A DNA stretch of 63,981 bases, filler included, from Octopus bimaculoides (lineage: Eukaryota): the NCBI RefSeq assembly GCF_001194135.2. It is 6 parts of 6 records of this genome, joined end to end, with 100 filler letters (N's around TTAATTAATTAA, not from the genome) between each part and the next. Parts side by side here need not be neighbours in the genome. Positions count along the whole stretch, not along the records: positions 1 to 31,164 come from NC_068995.1; 5 more parts are not named here. The stretch is one strand, 5' to 3'. The position numbers and the translations under genes were made by a program. This document shows, in pieces, positions 1 through 12,808 of this stretch (its first letter is position 1; the number at the start of each line of letters is the position of its first letter). A model generated the notes under the pieces. That model saw only the letters and a program-made list of their open reading frames with translations. It made no database searches and was not told the DNA's origin.

Positions 1-44
<44 letters not shown>

Positions 45-214
45 GCCTAATAACCACACACGCTATACAATCGTCTTCACTTCAGCTTTATTATTATTCT
101 TATTTTAGTGTCGTTTGACTGAAACTTTTCGTCATACATCCTGTGACCTCTTCACCGACTCTACATCCCCTGTGTGAACTCCTGTCCTGTTTCTGGCAAA
201 TATTGATTCTGCAT

Positions 215-578
215 TCTATAATCGTAGTTTAATAGAATGGTACCCCACCGCTGCAATCTGTTTGCCGTATGTATCAGGGTTCCTTTCTTGGATCCGTATA
301 TCGTTGTTAGAGGTCTATGGTCCATTTGCAACCATAAACGTCGGCCGTGAATGAACCTGTGAAATCTTTTCACGCCAAATATAATAGCCAACGCCTCTTT
401 TTAAATCTGCCTATAGTTCTTTTCTGCCGGCAATAATGTCCTTAATGTGTGAGTTATAGCCTGTCACCTGCCATTGTTATCCTTGTATAGGGGGACGTCT
501 CCTATCCCATACATGCTAGCATCTGTAGCTAGTATTATGACTAACTTTGGGTCGAAATGCGTAAGATATAAGTCTGAC
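215..578 (-). mobile_element. Ty3/Gypsy LTR retrotransposon pol fragment (RT connection/RNase H), decayed
   Basis: Minus-strand translation gives SDLYLTHFDPKLVIILATDASMYGIG...AEKNYRQI*KEALAIIFGVKRFHRFIHGRRLWLQMDHRPLTTIYGSKKG...ANRLQRWGTILLNYDY, matching Gypsy RNase H motifs (TDAS, EKEALAI, TDHKPL); in-frame stops present. Confidence 0.9.
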
Positions 579-582
579 ACAT

Positions 583-638
<56 letters not shown>

Positions 639-1089
639 TAGACAGACAAATAGACAGTTACAAGGCTCTGCATGTATATACAGATATACATATNNNNNNN
701 NNNNNNNNNNNNNNNNNNNNNNNNNNNNNNNNNNNNNNNNNNNNNNNNNNNNNNNNNNNNNNNNNNNNNNNNNNNNNNNNNNNNNNNNNNNNNNNNNNNN
801 NNNNNNNNNNNNNNNNNNNNNNNNNNNNNNNNNNNNNNNNNNNNNNNNNNNNNNNNNNNNNNNNNNNNNNNNNNNNNNNNNNNNNNNNNNNNNNNNNNNN
901 NNNNNNNNNNNNNNNNNNNNNNNNNNNNNNNNNNNNNNNNNNNNNNNNNNNNNNNNNNNNNNNNNNNNNNNNNNNNNNNNNNNNNNNNNNTATATATATA
1001 AATATATATATATATGTATGTATGTATGTATATATGTATATATAAACATACATACATACATACACATACACACGCACATATATAATTAC

Positions 1090-1139
<50 letters not shown>

Positions 1140-1182
1140 GTATATATCTGTACGTGCGCATGTGCAAGTGTGTGTTTGTGGT

Positions 1183-1232
<50 letters not shown>

Positions 1233-1755
1233 ATGTGTGTGTGTAATCTTAAGGGATATTTCGGTACAAGACAAGAAACGCCCCATTATGAATGTCGAAA
1301 CTAATTTATCAGCCAGCGGAGTGGCAAGTGCGTTAGGAAAGATGGCGGACGAGTGAAATACATTGGAGAGAGACATTCCTTTCTATGACATACGACTACA
1401 TACGTCGCTATTTTACCATTAAAGCTTCCATGCATACATTGTTGTGTTTCTTCGGATTTGTCACAACGCCTTAAATTTACCGGAAAATGTAAATAGGATA
1501 TTGTAACAGTCAAGTTAGAGTGGATTTTTTTGGTTTCTGTATTTTGTTTTACTGATTTTATGTATTACAGGGAACATTATCAGGGTAAAAGAAGTGAAGT
1601 AAAATAAATCCAACTGAATATCGAAACCGTGCCACGGTTTTTCGTCATTAAGAAATTTTCTTTTTCCCTACTGAGAAAATAAAACTGTAGAAATATAGCG
1701 CAGTATATATAGAGTGTAAAAAAAAAAAAGCAAAGGAGAAAACTAGATTAAAAAA

Positions 1756-1977
1756 TTCTTTTCTACTCTGGGTATAAGGACCAACCTTTTGTGGGTGGGT
1801 ACCACTCGATTAGATCGACCCCAATAGGCAACTGGGGCTTAATTTATCGACCCCGAAAGGTTGAAAGTCAAAGTCAAAGTCGGCCTTGGCGGAATTTGAA
1901 CTCAGAGCGTAAAGACAAACGAAATACCGCTAAGCATTTCGCCTGGCGTGCTAACGTTTCCTCCAGATCTCCGCCTT
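1756..1977 (-). mobile_element. tRNA-headed SINE, family A, with target-site duplication
   Basis: Shares body with about 9 other copies in the window (GAGTTCAAATTCC B-box, GGTCGATCTAATCGA, 3' CCTTRT...AGTAGAAAAG). 13-bp direct repeat agattaaaaaatt at 1745-1757 and 1982-1994. Confidence 0.85.
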
Positions 1978-2284
1978 AAACAGATTAAAAAATTAGATGA
2001 AAAATAGATAGGAAAGAGGTCTTGTATATGATGGAAGCGTATAGGGAACCGTTGGATCACAGTGTGTCATGAGTATTTTAAACTTGGTGAGACCCGCCCT
2101 CTACAACTCCAAGATAGCTAAGTTCTCCCGGAGAGAAAGTGAGGCTGAAAATAGAGTGAGAAAGAGAGAGANNNNNNNNNNNNNNNNNNNNNNNNNNNNN
2201 NNNNNNNNNNNNNNNNNNNNNNNNNNNNNNNNNNNNNNNNNNNNNNNNNNNNNNNNNNNNNNNNNNNNNNNNNNNNNNNNNNNN

Positions 2285-3346
2285 GGAAGACATAAGGCAG
2301 CTGAAACTGCTCGCGATATCAACGAAACGTTTGGTGAGGAAATGACCAGTGAGTGGTCAGCTCAAAATTGAGTTAAAAAATTTCGCAGTGGAGACCTGAG
2401 CCTTGAAGATCGTGAGCATAGTGGATGCCCATCTGTCATCAATTACGGTCAATTAAAAAACTGTCATTAAGACAGATTCATGTAAAAAGCACTCAAGAAC
2501 TGGCAAAAGTTAGCCAGAAAATTGCCCGCAACCATTTGCATGCGATCGGAAAATCAAAAAGCTCGACAAATGGGTACCATAGGATTTGAACGAAAATCAG
2601 AAAATGCACAGATTGGAAATTTGCTCGTCGCTTCTTCTCTGTAACCGACCGATGCATTTCTCGACCGTATTGTAACTTGTGATGAAAAGTAGATTCTGCA
2701 CAATAATAAAAAAAAATGTTCTTCGCAAGGGTTGGACCAAAATGAAGCACCGAATATCTTCCCTGAAACCTGGGCTCTTAAAAAAAAGATGGTTATAGTG
2801 ACTGTTTGGTGGTGTACTGCTGGAATCATCCACTATAACTTCTTAAAACCCGGGAAAACCATTACTGCAGAAACATATTGCCATGAAATTGCCAAAATGA
2901 ACGAAAAACTTCTACTCTTCCGTGCCAGACTGGTCAATAGAAGGGGCCAATCATTCTTCATGACAATGCTTGACCACACGTTTCACTAATAACGCTCCAG
3001 AAGTTGAGGGAACTTGGCTACAAAGTTCTTCCCCACCCAGCTTATTCCCCAGACCTTTCTCCTACCGATTACCACTTTTTTATGCACCATGATGGTTTCC
3101 GGCGAGAGGCGTTCAAAAATCAAACCGATGCTGATAGTGCGTTCAAAGAGTTCATCAGCTCCAGAACTCCAGATTTGTATGTAACCGGAATAAACAAATT
3201 TGTAACTCATTGGCAAAAATGTGTTGATTTTAATTACTTTAAGGAATAAATATACTTACTTTAATGAATAAAACTTCCGCATTGTTGAAAAATATTGTGA
3301 TGAATTTCATGTTTTAAAACATTGCTAATTTTGTACTCAGCTTGAT
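2285..3346 (+). mobile_element. Mariner DNA transposon (Hsmar1/SETMAR-like DD34D transposase), decayed; 5' end lost in gap
   Basis: Frames give KAAETARDINETFGE (HTH), IVTCDEK*, MVIVTVWW, LHDNA, LPHPAYSPDLSPTDYHFF, HWQKCV; multiple stops and frameshifts; TIR-like end near 3315-3346. Confidence 0.93.
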
Positions 3347-3554
3347 TTAATAAAATAGATTCAATAAACCTTTTGAATTCAAAGAATCTATGATTTTCTT
3401 CCTTTCAAATCAAATGGGGTAACGTAGATATAAATAAATGTATTTTGGGGTAAATGGTTAAAAAAGTTCCCTGACCCGTACACTATTTTGTCACCAAGTG
3501 CTTTGCAGCCTGTATAGTCACCAGCAGACATCGACACCGTCTCGATTCTCCTAC

Positions 3555-3672
3555 CTTCTGACTCAGCGGTATATCCAGCGTTTGACAACTGGTGGGAGTG
3601 AGAAGAGAACTGCATCAGGATTAGGATGGTACATGTAGACCAAAACAACGGGGGATGAACACAGCGTACGTC
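3555..3672 (-). CDS. Possible exon of an unidentified minus-strand gene (speculative)
   Basis: GC-richer non-repetitive island preceded by tttttgctgcag acceptor; one frame open to an aag|gtagga donor, another ends RTLCSSPVVLVYMYHPNPDAVLFSLPPVVKRWIYR*. No recognised domain. Confidence 0.2.
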
Positions 3673-4892
3673 CTGCAGCAAAAATTGAACTTACAACATT
3701 GTGATCATGAGTGGAACAGATAAATAGATTGGTAGAAACGTCGATGTTGAGAGATTGTCAAACAGTTTTTGAATACTAAATGATGCATAGTCACCTCACT
3801 TATTCTTTCTTTTGTTCGTTCTCCATTCTCTTATTCTCTTATATTTTCTTCTCAAGTTTCATTTCTCTTTCATTTTTCAGCTTCGTCCACTTATCATTTT
3901 TTTTATTTCTTTATGCTCCTTAAATTTTCTTAGCAAATTCCTTGGTCTCTCCGCTAACTTCGTTCGCTGCCACCATCACCACACATCTCTCCTTAATCCA
4001 TTTCTTACCACTAATTATCTCCCTTCCTTCACCCTCTCCACCTTTTTCATTCTTTATTTTTTATTTCTCTTTATCTTTCAGTTTCTCTCAACTCCCCTTC
4101 TCCTTCTCTCTCTATCTCTCTTCCGCCCACCCTTAATCTTTCTTTTTCCTCTCCCATGATTCCTCTCTCTCTCTTTTCCTTTCTGTCATCCATCCTCTCT
4201 CTCTACCCCGTCTGTCTATCATTCTTTCTCTTTCCTTAAAACGTTTGTCATCCTTCCTCCCATCCAATTCACTTCCCTAATTTCCTTCCTTCTTTTTTTC
4301 TCCCTTCCTCTCTCTCTACCTTCTACTTACTCTCCATCACCGTTCCTCCCTCCTCCCTCCTCCATCCCTTCGCTCCCTCATTTATAAAAACTTCTCTTCC
4401 ATCTTCATCCATCTGCCCCGTACCCAGCACCTCATACACGCCATTTCCATCAGACTAACCAGATTTAACCAATCGTGTACGTTGCTTCAATTAACACAAG
4501 TTGACAAATCTGAAAGGTTTGTATGACAAGAGGAAGCAATTTTATATCACGTGACAGACGCCATATTGTCATAGGGTGTCGTCTACCTTTACAATAATTA
4601 TCTCTAACCTAAGTCATTTCTTCCCTTTATTTCCCTCCTGTCGTTGTTTCATGTCTTTGTTTACGCTCTCTTTTTCTTTCGCTTACTCTCTCGTCTACTC
4701 TCTCGTCTACTCTCTCACTAAGTCACTTTTTGTCTCTCTGTCTCCCTTCCTCCATCGCTTTATCTATCTTCCTCTTTAACTCTCCCCAACCTCTTCAGTG
4801 AGATATTTAAAGTCTTTCGTTTTTATTTTACTGATTTTGTTTTTCTCCCTGTCTTTCATGTCATTGCAACATAATATATGTATGCATGTATG

Positions 4893-4926
<34 letters not shown>

Positions 4927-5107
4927 TTAATGTATGTATGTATGCATATATGTTAGCAAGAGGATGTCTACAGGCATTGTATAGGTGTATATATGTATGC
5001 ATGATCATATTCAATTATCTATCAGTCTGTCAACTATATATGTGTATGCACTTCTGTAACAGTCTGACTATAATGTCCCATATGATTGTATATATATATA
5101 TATATAT

Positions 5108-5305
5108 CTTTTTCTACTCTAGGCACAAGGCCTGAAATTCTGGGCCAGTCGATTAGATCGACCCCAGTACGCAACTAGTACTTGATTTATCGACCCCGAA
5201 AGGATGAAAAGCAAAGTGGACCTCGGCGGAATTCGAACTCAGAACGAAGCGACGGGCGAAACACCGCTAAGCACTTCGTCCGGCGTGCTAACGATTCTGC
5301 CAGCC
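5108..5305 (-). mobile_element. SINE family A, near full length
   Basis: Reverse complement reads GGCTGGCAGAATCGTTAGCACGCCGG...GAGTTCGAATTCCGCCGAGG...CCTTGTGCCTAGAGTAGAAAAAG, with A/B-box-like motifs. Confidence 0.88.
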
Positions 5306-5407
5306 TTTATATTTATATTTATATATANNNNNNNNNNNNNNNNNNNNNNNNNNNNNNNNNNNNNNNNNNNNNNNNNNNNNNNNNNNNNNNNNNNNNNNNN
5401 NNNNNNN

Positions 5408-5491
<84 letters not shown>

Positions 5492-5828
5492 GGCAAATAA
5501 GAAAATGGGGAGGATATACAATCGACAGACATCAGCCAGTAAACATTCAATTATGTCTATTTATTAAATGATGACACACATATGCATGAGTGATACAAAT
5601 TAATGAATTTAAAAAAGTTAATAACTGCATAAACAAATATATATACATACGTATATATATAGAAACAAATGAATAATAATAGATGAGTGTACAGGTACTA
5701 ATCCCTTACGGCCGTTTCTGCCACGCGGCAACAAAATCTTCCAAGCTATCATATAGACATAAATATACCATCGACAGGCAAGTTTCAGCAGTTTTAGTCT
5801 ACAAAATGTATATAAAAATGTATAGACG

Positions 5829-6112
5829 TAGGCATGGTTGTGTCATAAGAAGCTTGTTTCTCAGCCACATGATTTTCAGTTCAGTGCCACTGCGTGTCAT
5901 CTTGAGCAAGTGTCTTCAAATATAGCGTCAAGTCGACCAAAATTTTGTGAGCGGATTTGATTGACAGAAACTGAAAGAAGCCTGCCGTACATGTATGTGT
6001 GCGTGTTTGTGTGTGTGTGTGTCTGTGTCCTCAACCACCGCTTGGCAACCGGTGTTGGTGTGTTTACGTTCGCTTAACTTGCAGGTCGCCAAAAGCGTTC
6101 GATAGAATAAGC
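5829..6112 (+). mobile_element. SINE family B (tRNA head, central domain, internal (TG)n), old copy
   Basis: Diverged match to the 9989-10637 copy (GGCAAGTGTCTTC, GAAACTGAAAGAAGCC, GGTGTGTTTACGT). Confidence 0.8.
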
Positions 6113-6159
6113 ACCAGATTATAAGCACCAGAATAAGCACCAGATTTATCATTTACATG

Positions 6160-6304
6160 TTTCAGCTATTTGACTTTGACCATGCTGGCCACCGCCTTGA
6201 AGGGCTTTTAGTCGAATGAATCAACTCTAGGACTTACATTTTTTCAAGCCTAATATTTATTCTATCAGTTTTTTGCCGTACTGGTTGTTGAGCAGTGATG
6301 GGGA

Positions 6305-6340
<36 letters not shown>

Positions 6341-6515
6341 TATATATATATACAACAAGCTTCTTTCAGTTTCCGTCTACCAAATCCACTCACAAAGCTT
6401 TGGTTGGGGCCCGAAGCTATAGTAGAAGACACTTGCCCAAGGTGTTACACAGTGGGACCGGACTCAATACTATGCGGTTGGGAAGCAAGCTTTTTCCCAC
6501 ACAGTCACACTTGTT
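6160..6515 (-). mobile_element. SINE family B, inverted relative to the 5829-6112 copy
   Basis: Contains CTTCTTTCAGTTTCCGTCTACCAAATCCACTCACAAAGCTTTGG, the reverse complement of the family B core. Confidence 0.85.
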
Positions 6516-6761
6516 TATGAATATTAAGTAGTTTAATCTTTGTTTAACTGTGAAGCCGTATTAGATTAACTATTATTACACAATATAGAGAAAACCATAC
6601 AACTTTAACGACTAGGATCAAGAAAAGATAATATTCATTGTAATTGAATAAAACACATTTAGTGTATGCAATCTAGAAATTTCCTGGAAATGAACAGCAA
6701 AGCAAGAAAAACTAAATAGGAACAGATCGTTCGGTGTATAGTAGCTTATGTACATCTACGT

Positions 6762-6925
6762 CGGTCTTTGTCTCCCACCATCGCTTGACAATCGGTGTTG
6801 GTGTGTTTGCGTCCCCGTACATTAGCGCTTCGAGAATGAGAGAATAAGTACCGGACTGAAAAACGAAAAGTTCCTGGGTCAATTCACTGGGCTAAAAATT
6901 CAAGGCGGCGCCCCAGCAAAGCTGG
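6762..6925 (+). mobile_element. SINE family B 3' half, decayed
   Basis: CATCGCTTGACAATCGGTGTTGGTGTGTTTGCGTCCCCGTA...GAATAAGTACC matches the B tail. Confidence 0.7.
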
Positions 6926-6936
6926 AGTCTGATACA

Positions 6937-6990
<54 letters not shown>

Positions 6991-7517
6991 CCACAGCAAA
7001 TATTTTTCTTCCATTTACCCTTCTCTTTGTATATATAAACCCCCACCTCTCTCTCTCTCTATCTCTCATTCTACAGACAAACATTCTCTCTGCCCCCAGC
7101 TCTATCTCTATGTGTCATCCTCCCAAACCCCGCCACTACCACCACCATCCCCCTATTCCCCAGTCTTGCAACATCAATCCATCAATTAATTAAAACATCT
7201 TTCACACCTCACTGAACATGTTACTTGCAATCAACTACAATCCTTATTACACTCGTTGTGGTCATAGTGGTGGGGTGGGATGGGTGGTGTTAGCATGGTT
7301 GGTATTGGCTTGGATGTGGAGATGGTGGTGGTGGTGGTGGTGCTTGTGGTACTATTTTTGCTATTAGTGATAGTCAATGTGGCCATGGCTATGACGGCCG
7401 AGTTGTCTTTGGTTGCGGTCGTAGTGGTGGTAACAGTGGTAGTGGTATTTGGTGGTCTTGGTCGATGCAGATGCGGTGATGGAAATTGTTGTTAAGTTTG
7501 GTTTGGTTAGTGTGATT

Positions 7518-7588
<71 letters not shown>

Positions 7589-8450
7589 GTAAGTGTATGT
7601 GTGTGAGTGAGATAGGTAGAGTATTGGACGAAACATCAACTTGTTTGCGATGGAGGTGATGGCGATGATGATGGTTGTGGCAGAGGTGTTTATGCTGGTT
7701 AGAATTTAGGGATAGACAGAGTTTGTGCGATGGTATGGGACAGATTTGAATGGTAGTGATGATGGTCGTGGAAGTGTATGTAAATGTAGTTTTCTGAGAG
7801 AAAGAGGTGGATTTTATGTTACTTGTAGTGGTGATGGTGGTCGTGATGGTGATGGTAATGGCGGATCCACGGTGTAGGTTGAAGGTGGTGGTAGTTGGCA
7901 AAATGGAATATGATGTTTTGGAGCTAGAAGAAATGGAAGTTTTTGTTGTTGATATCCAGGTAAGCGAGGTGATTTGCGAGGACAGTGAAATTTACACATG
8001 CGTAAACACTGCTTTAAAATGTTTGAGTAAAATGTGAAAGCTGGATTGCATAGATGGACTGTAAGAGAACTTTGCCTCACAGTAAAATATAAGGTGTGAT
8101 CTATCTATCTATCTAGCTAGCTAGCTACCTAGCTAGTATCCAAACAGTACAGATATTGTTTTTACTAATCCACTAATTTTTCTTAGAATGAACAAAAACT
8201 ACAATCGTGACATAATTAATGAAATTTACCCCAGTATATTGTTGGTAGTAATAATATGAAACATTGGAAGGATGAAAAACAATGTCGAACTACGCAGTAA
8301 TTTGAACTCAGAACATAAAGAAAACGGAGTATTGTGTGACCATATAGTATAAGCCATTTAAATGTCACCGTTTCATATTTTCTTTTTCTTTACATATTTT
8401 TGGAGGACTACCAAGACCGACTTTTCATTCCACCCCTAATAAACTAGTTT

Positions 8451-8657
8451 TAAATTTTGGTACAAGGCCAACGATTTCAAGGTTAGGGGTATGTCGATTA
8501 CATCGACTCCAGTGCTCAACTGGTACTTATTTTATCGATTCCGAAAGGATGAAAAACACAGTCGACTTCGGCAGAATTTGAACTCAGAAAATAAAGACGA
8601 CGGAATGCCAGTAAGCCTTTTGCCCGGCATGCTAACGATTCTACCAGCTCACCGTCT
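8451..8657 (-). mobile_element. SINE family A
   Basis: GTCGATTACATCGACTCCAG...GAATTTGAACTCAGAA...GCTAACGATTCTACCAGCTCACCGTC aligns to other A copies. Confidence 0.85.
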
Positions 8658-9086
8658 TATTCGAACCAAATATATAGATACTACATTAAGAAGTAGCACA
8701 ACTGCCACTACAATGACAACAATAATAATGAAAAAAAAACAATAATAAACATGAGGAATACTACTAAGTGAGCCCTTATGTAGTTGCTCGACTTGTCAGA
8801 AACAGTAGCGAAAAGAACCTTCCAGTGTCATCTTACAAACCGAATTTTTATTTAACCATATTGGTCTACACAAAGAGGGGACATTACGAAGACAGACAAG
8901 GGGGTTGGGAAAAGAATAATTAACAACATGAAGTTAAAATATAATTAAAAATAAATGAAAATTATGAAAATCGAGTGGATTAAAATAGAATGGAGTGAGG
9001 GACGCGGCCAACCCCACAAACCACGTACCAGCACTGGAACTTGGTTTTTTTTCCGTTTTGTTTCTCACTCAAGTAGGTTTACTCAC

Positions 9087-9247
9087 TCTCAACATGTTCG
9101 CAACAATCTTCCATTTTTTCTCGAATGAACTTTGTGACAAGCATCTCTCCTCCAGACTTATTTTCTTTTTCAGATGGCAAAGGGAAAAGGTGCTCATCAC
9201 AATCCCTTTCATTCGCGTCTTCTACATTTCCTCCTTCGCGATAGCCA
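9087..9247 (-). CDS. Candidate internal exon (161 bp) of an unidentified gene
   Basis: Acceptor ttgtttcctctgtgtag and consensus donor ga|gtgagt; only one frame open: GYREGGNVEDANERDCDEHLFPLPSEKENKSGGEMLVTKFIREKMEDCCEHVE. A good + strand acceptor at 9173 makes the strand ambiguous. Confidence 0.3.
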
Positions 9248-9988
9248 CTACACAGAGGAAACAAGCCTACTCATCTTACAAACCTAATGAACAGATGAAC
9301 GCATTGAGTACATAATGTGTCGCGGGGTGCGCTGTGCCAAGAAAAATCTTATAAAGACGTGAAGGTCACGGTTGAAATATACTTGATCATAGGTTTGTTC
9401 GATCCAAGCAGTAGGCCTAGGATTAAACAATGACATCGACAACAATAACAACAACAACAACAACAACCACAACAACAACAACAACCTCAGCTCTCAGATA
9501 ATCTTTTAAACGTGTCATTACAGCTATGATTAAGATCTGACATGATTGTCATAGCTTATGATTTTGATGAAACCAGACGTACGGGTTGAGTTTAACTTTC
9601 CATTCCAGTGCACCCTCACCAGTCCCTGCCACGATTTAACAGAAAAAAAAAAAAAAAAATTCGCAATATTTAAACTTTAATAGCTCCGCCATATTGCCAC
9701 AGTGATTTTCCCTTTTGCATTTATTGTTGTTGCTGCCGCTGCTGTTGTTTTGTTGTTGGTGTTATGTATGACAAATTTACTTCTGATGTGACTATCGTTG
9801 CTGCTACTGCTGCTATTGCAGCTACCGTTGTTGTTGTTGTTACCGCTGTAGTAACTGCAGTCGTTGCTTCACTTTCATGTCACTGTTTTTACTCTTGTTA
9901 TTATTGATGTTATTATTATTATTATGTTTTTTGTTGCTATTCTTTTTATTGTTGTTGTTACGATTGGTGAAGTTTTTTGTTTTTGTTA

Positions 9989-10149
9989 CGCAGGAGTGGC
10001 TGTGTGGTAAGTAGCCTGCTCACCAACCACATGGTTCCGGGTTCAGTCTCACTGCGTGGCACCTTAGGCAATTGCCTTCTACTATAGCCTCGGGCCGACC
10101 AAAGCCTTGTGAGTGGATTTGGTAGACGGAAACTAAAAGAAGCCCGTCG

Positions 10150-10180
<31 letters not shown>

Positions 10181-10390
10181 CNNNNNNNNNNNNNNNNNNN
10201 NNNNNNNNNNNNNNNNNNNNNNNNNNNNNNNNNNNNNNNNNNNNNNNNNNNNNNNNNNNNNNNNNNNNNNNNNNNNNNNNNNNNNNNNNNNNNNNNNNNN
10301 NNNNNNAGGCAATTGCCTTCTACTATAGCCTCGGGCCGACCAAAGCCTTGTGAGTGGATTTGGTAGACGGAAACTAAAAGAAGCCCGTCG

Positions 10391-10421
<31 letters not shown>

Positions 10422-10637
10422 CTGTTTGTGTGTCTGTGTTTGTCCCCGCAACATCGCATGTCAACCGATATTGGTGTGTTTACGTCCCCGTAACTTAGCG
10501 GTTCGGCAAAAGAGACCGATAGAATAAGTACTAGGCTTACAAAGAATAAGTCCCGGGGTCGATTTGATTCGACTAAAAGGCGGTGCTCCAGCATGGCCGC
10601 AGTCAAATGACTGAAACAAGTAAAAGAGTAAAAGAGT
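9989..10637 (+). mobile_element. SINE family B, young full-length copy split by a gap with a duplicated overlap
   Basis: A-box TGGCTGTGTGG, B-box-like GGTTCAGTCTC, internal (AT)n(GT)n, 3' GAAACAAGTAAAAGAGTAAAAGAG tail; 10066-10181 repeats identically at 10307-10422. Confidence 0.9.
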
Positions 10638-11388
10638 GGTTACTATTCTTGTCCTTGATGTTGCTGTTGTTGTTGTTGTTGTTGTTGTTATTGTTGTTAT
10701 TATCGTTGCTGCTGATGGTGTCGCGGCTTGTGCTGCTGCTATCGTTACTGTAGTTCTTGCTACCGTTGTTGCTTGTGTTATCACTGTTTACTATTGTAAT
10801 TGTTGTTGCATCAAATCAAATTAAAAAAAAAAAAAAAGCCAAACTTTTTAATCGCCTCAAACCTATCTGCTTCAATATTAAAGCAATTAATAACTCTTAG
10901 TTCTACCACCTCCTCCAATCACCTCCGCTCTTTCTCTAAATCTTAATCTCTACTCATTTCATTCTATCTTTTCTTCAATCTGGATCACTTTCTCTTTTGC
11001 CTTAGTGTTTGTTCTCTTTTCTTACCCGTTCCTTGTCCTTCCCTGTTCTTTGTTCTTCCCTTTAAACTTTCCTTTTATTTTCTTTCTCTTCTTTCTTCCT
11101 CGCTCACAAAAGTTACTCTTCATATTAGTCTTTCGTTCTCCTTTCTTTATCTAACACACACTCTCTCTCTTAACATCTCTATCAATCCCTTTATTTTTAT
11201 CATTCATTCTTCATATTCCTCATTCATTTCTCTCTAAACTTCTCACGTGTCTCTCCATCTCTCTTTCCTCCATCTCTCTTTATATTTCTTCTCCTAGTAG
11301 CTTCACCCAAGCATTTCTGTCGTTCTCAGTCTTCTCATGTCTTTATTCTTTCTCACTGTTCTTGAAGAATTTCAAACCTTAGTCATTC

Positions 11389-11680
<292 letters not shown>

Positions 11681-12430
11681 ATCTATAATATATAAATATA
11701 TATCAAAGTTATAATTTAAAATCGACATTACAATTGTTCTCGAAAACGGACAATATTTTTTATTCCAAAATCTCATACAATGATATGCAATTCATACAGT
11801 ATTATGTAATACATGCCATAATATATGGAAATATGTAATAATATTCCTTTAGTCCATTCACTTTTTCGGGTTTCATTCATTACAGGCATGATCGACCTAA
11901 TGCATATTCAGGTATGAGTCAATTCCGGCGGCGCGCTTATCAGATATATGAGTGTGCGTGTGTGCGTATACATATATACATATATATGCATATATATATA
12001 TATATATANNNNNNNNNNNNNNNNNNNNNNNNNNNNNNNNNNNNNNNNNNNNNNNNNNNNNNNNNNNNNNNNNNNNNNNNNNNNNNNNNNNNNNNNNNNN
12101 NNNNNNNNNNNNNNNNNNNNNNNNNNNNNNNNNNNNNNNNNNNNNNNNNNNNNNNNNNNNNNNNNNNNNNNNNNNNNNNNNNNNNNNNNNNNNNNNNNNN
12201 NNNNNNNNNNNNNNNNNNNNNNNNNNNNNNNNNNNNNNNNNNNNNNNNNNNNNNNNNNNNNNNNNNNNTAAATACATACTCTGGTACTTAGTGGATACGT
12301 CTGGTGAATAATACATTAACAAGTCTAGAGACCAGACAAATTCTGCATAGAAAATCGATATAAGGTGGGGGACTATTAACTTCTGAGATCTCCCTCCCTC
12401 TCTGCATATGCCTTATATATATATAACAAG

Positions 12431-12808
12431 TGATGGATAGGTGTCAATTCCTTACAGCCGTTTCTAACGAATTTTTAAATGATCAATGAGTACATTATAT
12501 CATTATCAAAAGCCGTTTTCATAATTGGGTTCAATAAACTGAATACATTACCCGAATGTCAATTCTTCCAGTACTTCTGCACCGATGTTCGATAAGGCAG
12601 TTGGTGAGGTCAGAATAAAATGCAAACCCAACTATTATGAACGAATACGAACATCGGTACAGAAGTACTGGGAGAATTGATATTCGGATAATGTATTCAG
12701 TTTATTGAACCCAATTATGAAAACGGCTTTTGATAATGATATAATGTACTCATTGATCATTTAAAAATTCGTTAGAAACGGCTGTAAGGAATTGACACCT
12801 ATCCATCA
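12431..12808. repeat. Long inverted repeat (161-bp arms, 56-bp spacer); fold-back/MITE-like
   Basis: 12431-12591 is the reverse complement of 12648-12808 with 4 transition mismatches, all in the inner 41 bp; the right end runs into an N gap. Confidence 0.92.

Noticed and set aside
1339-1356. AAGATGGCGG YY1/start-like motif (MADE*)
   Set aside because: Immediate stop, weak donor and no supporting context.
5701-5730. Hammerhead 3' half (TGCC-gcgt-GGCA-GAAA-CGGCCG-TA on the minus strand; similar GAAACGGCTGTA at 12776-12787)
   Set aside because: No properly placed CUGANGA box and no stem I partner; at most a decayed relative.
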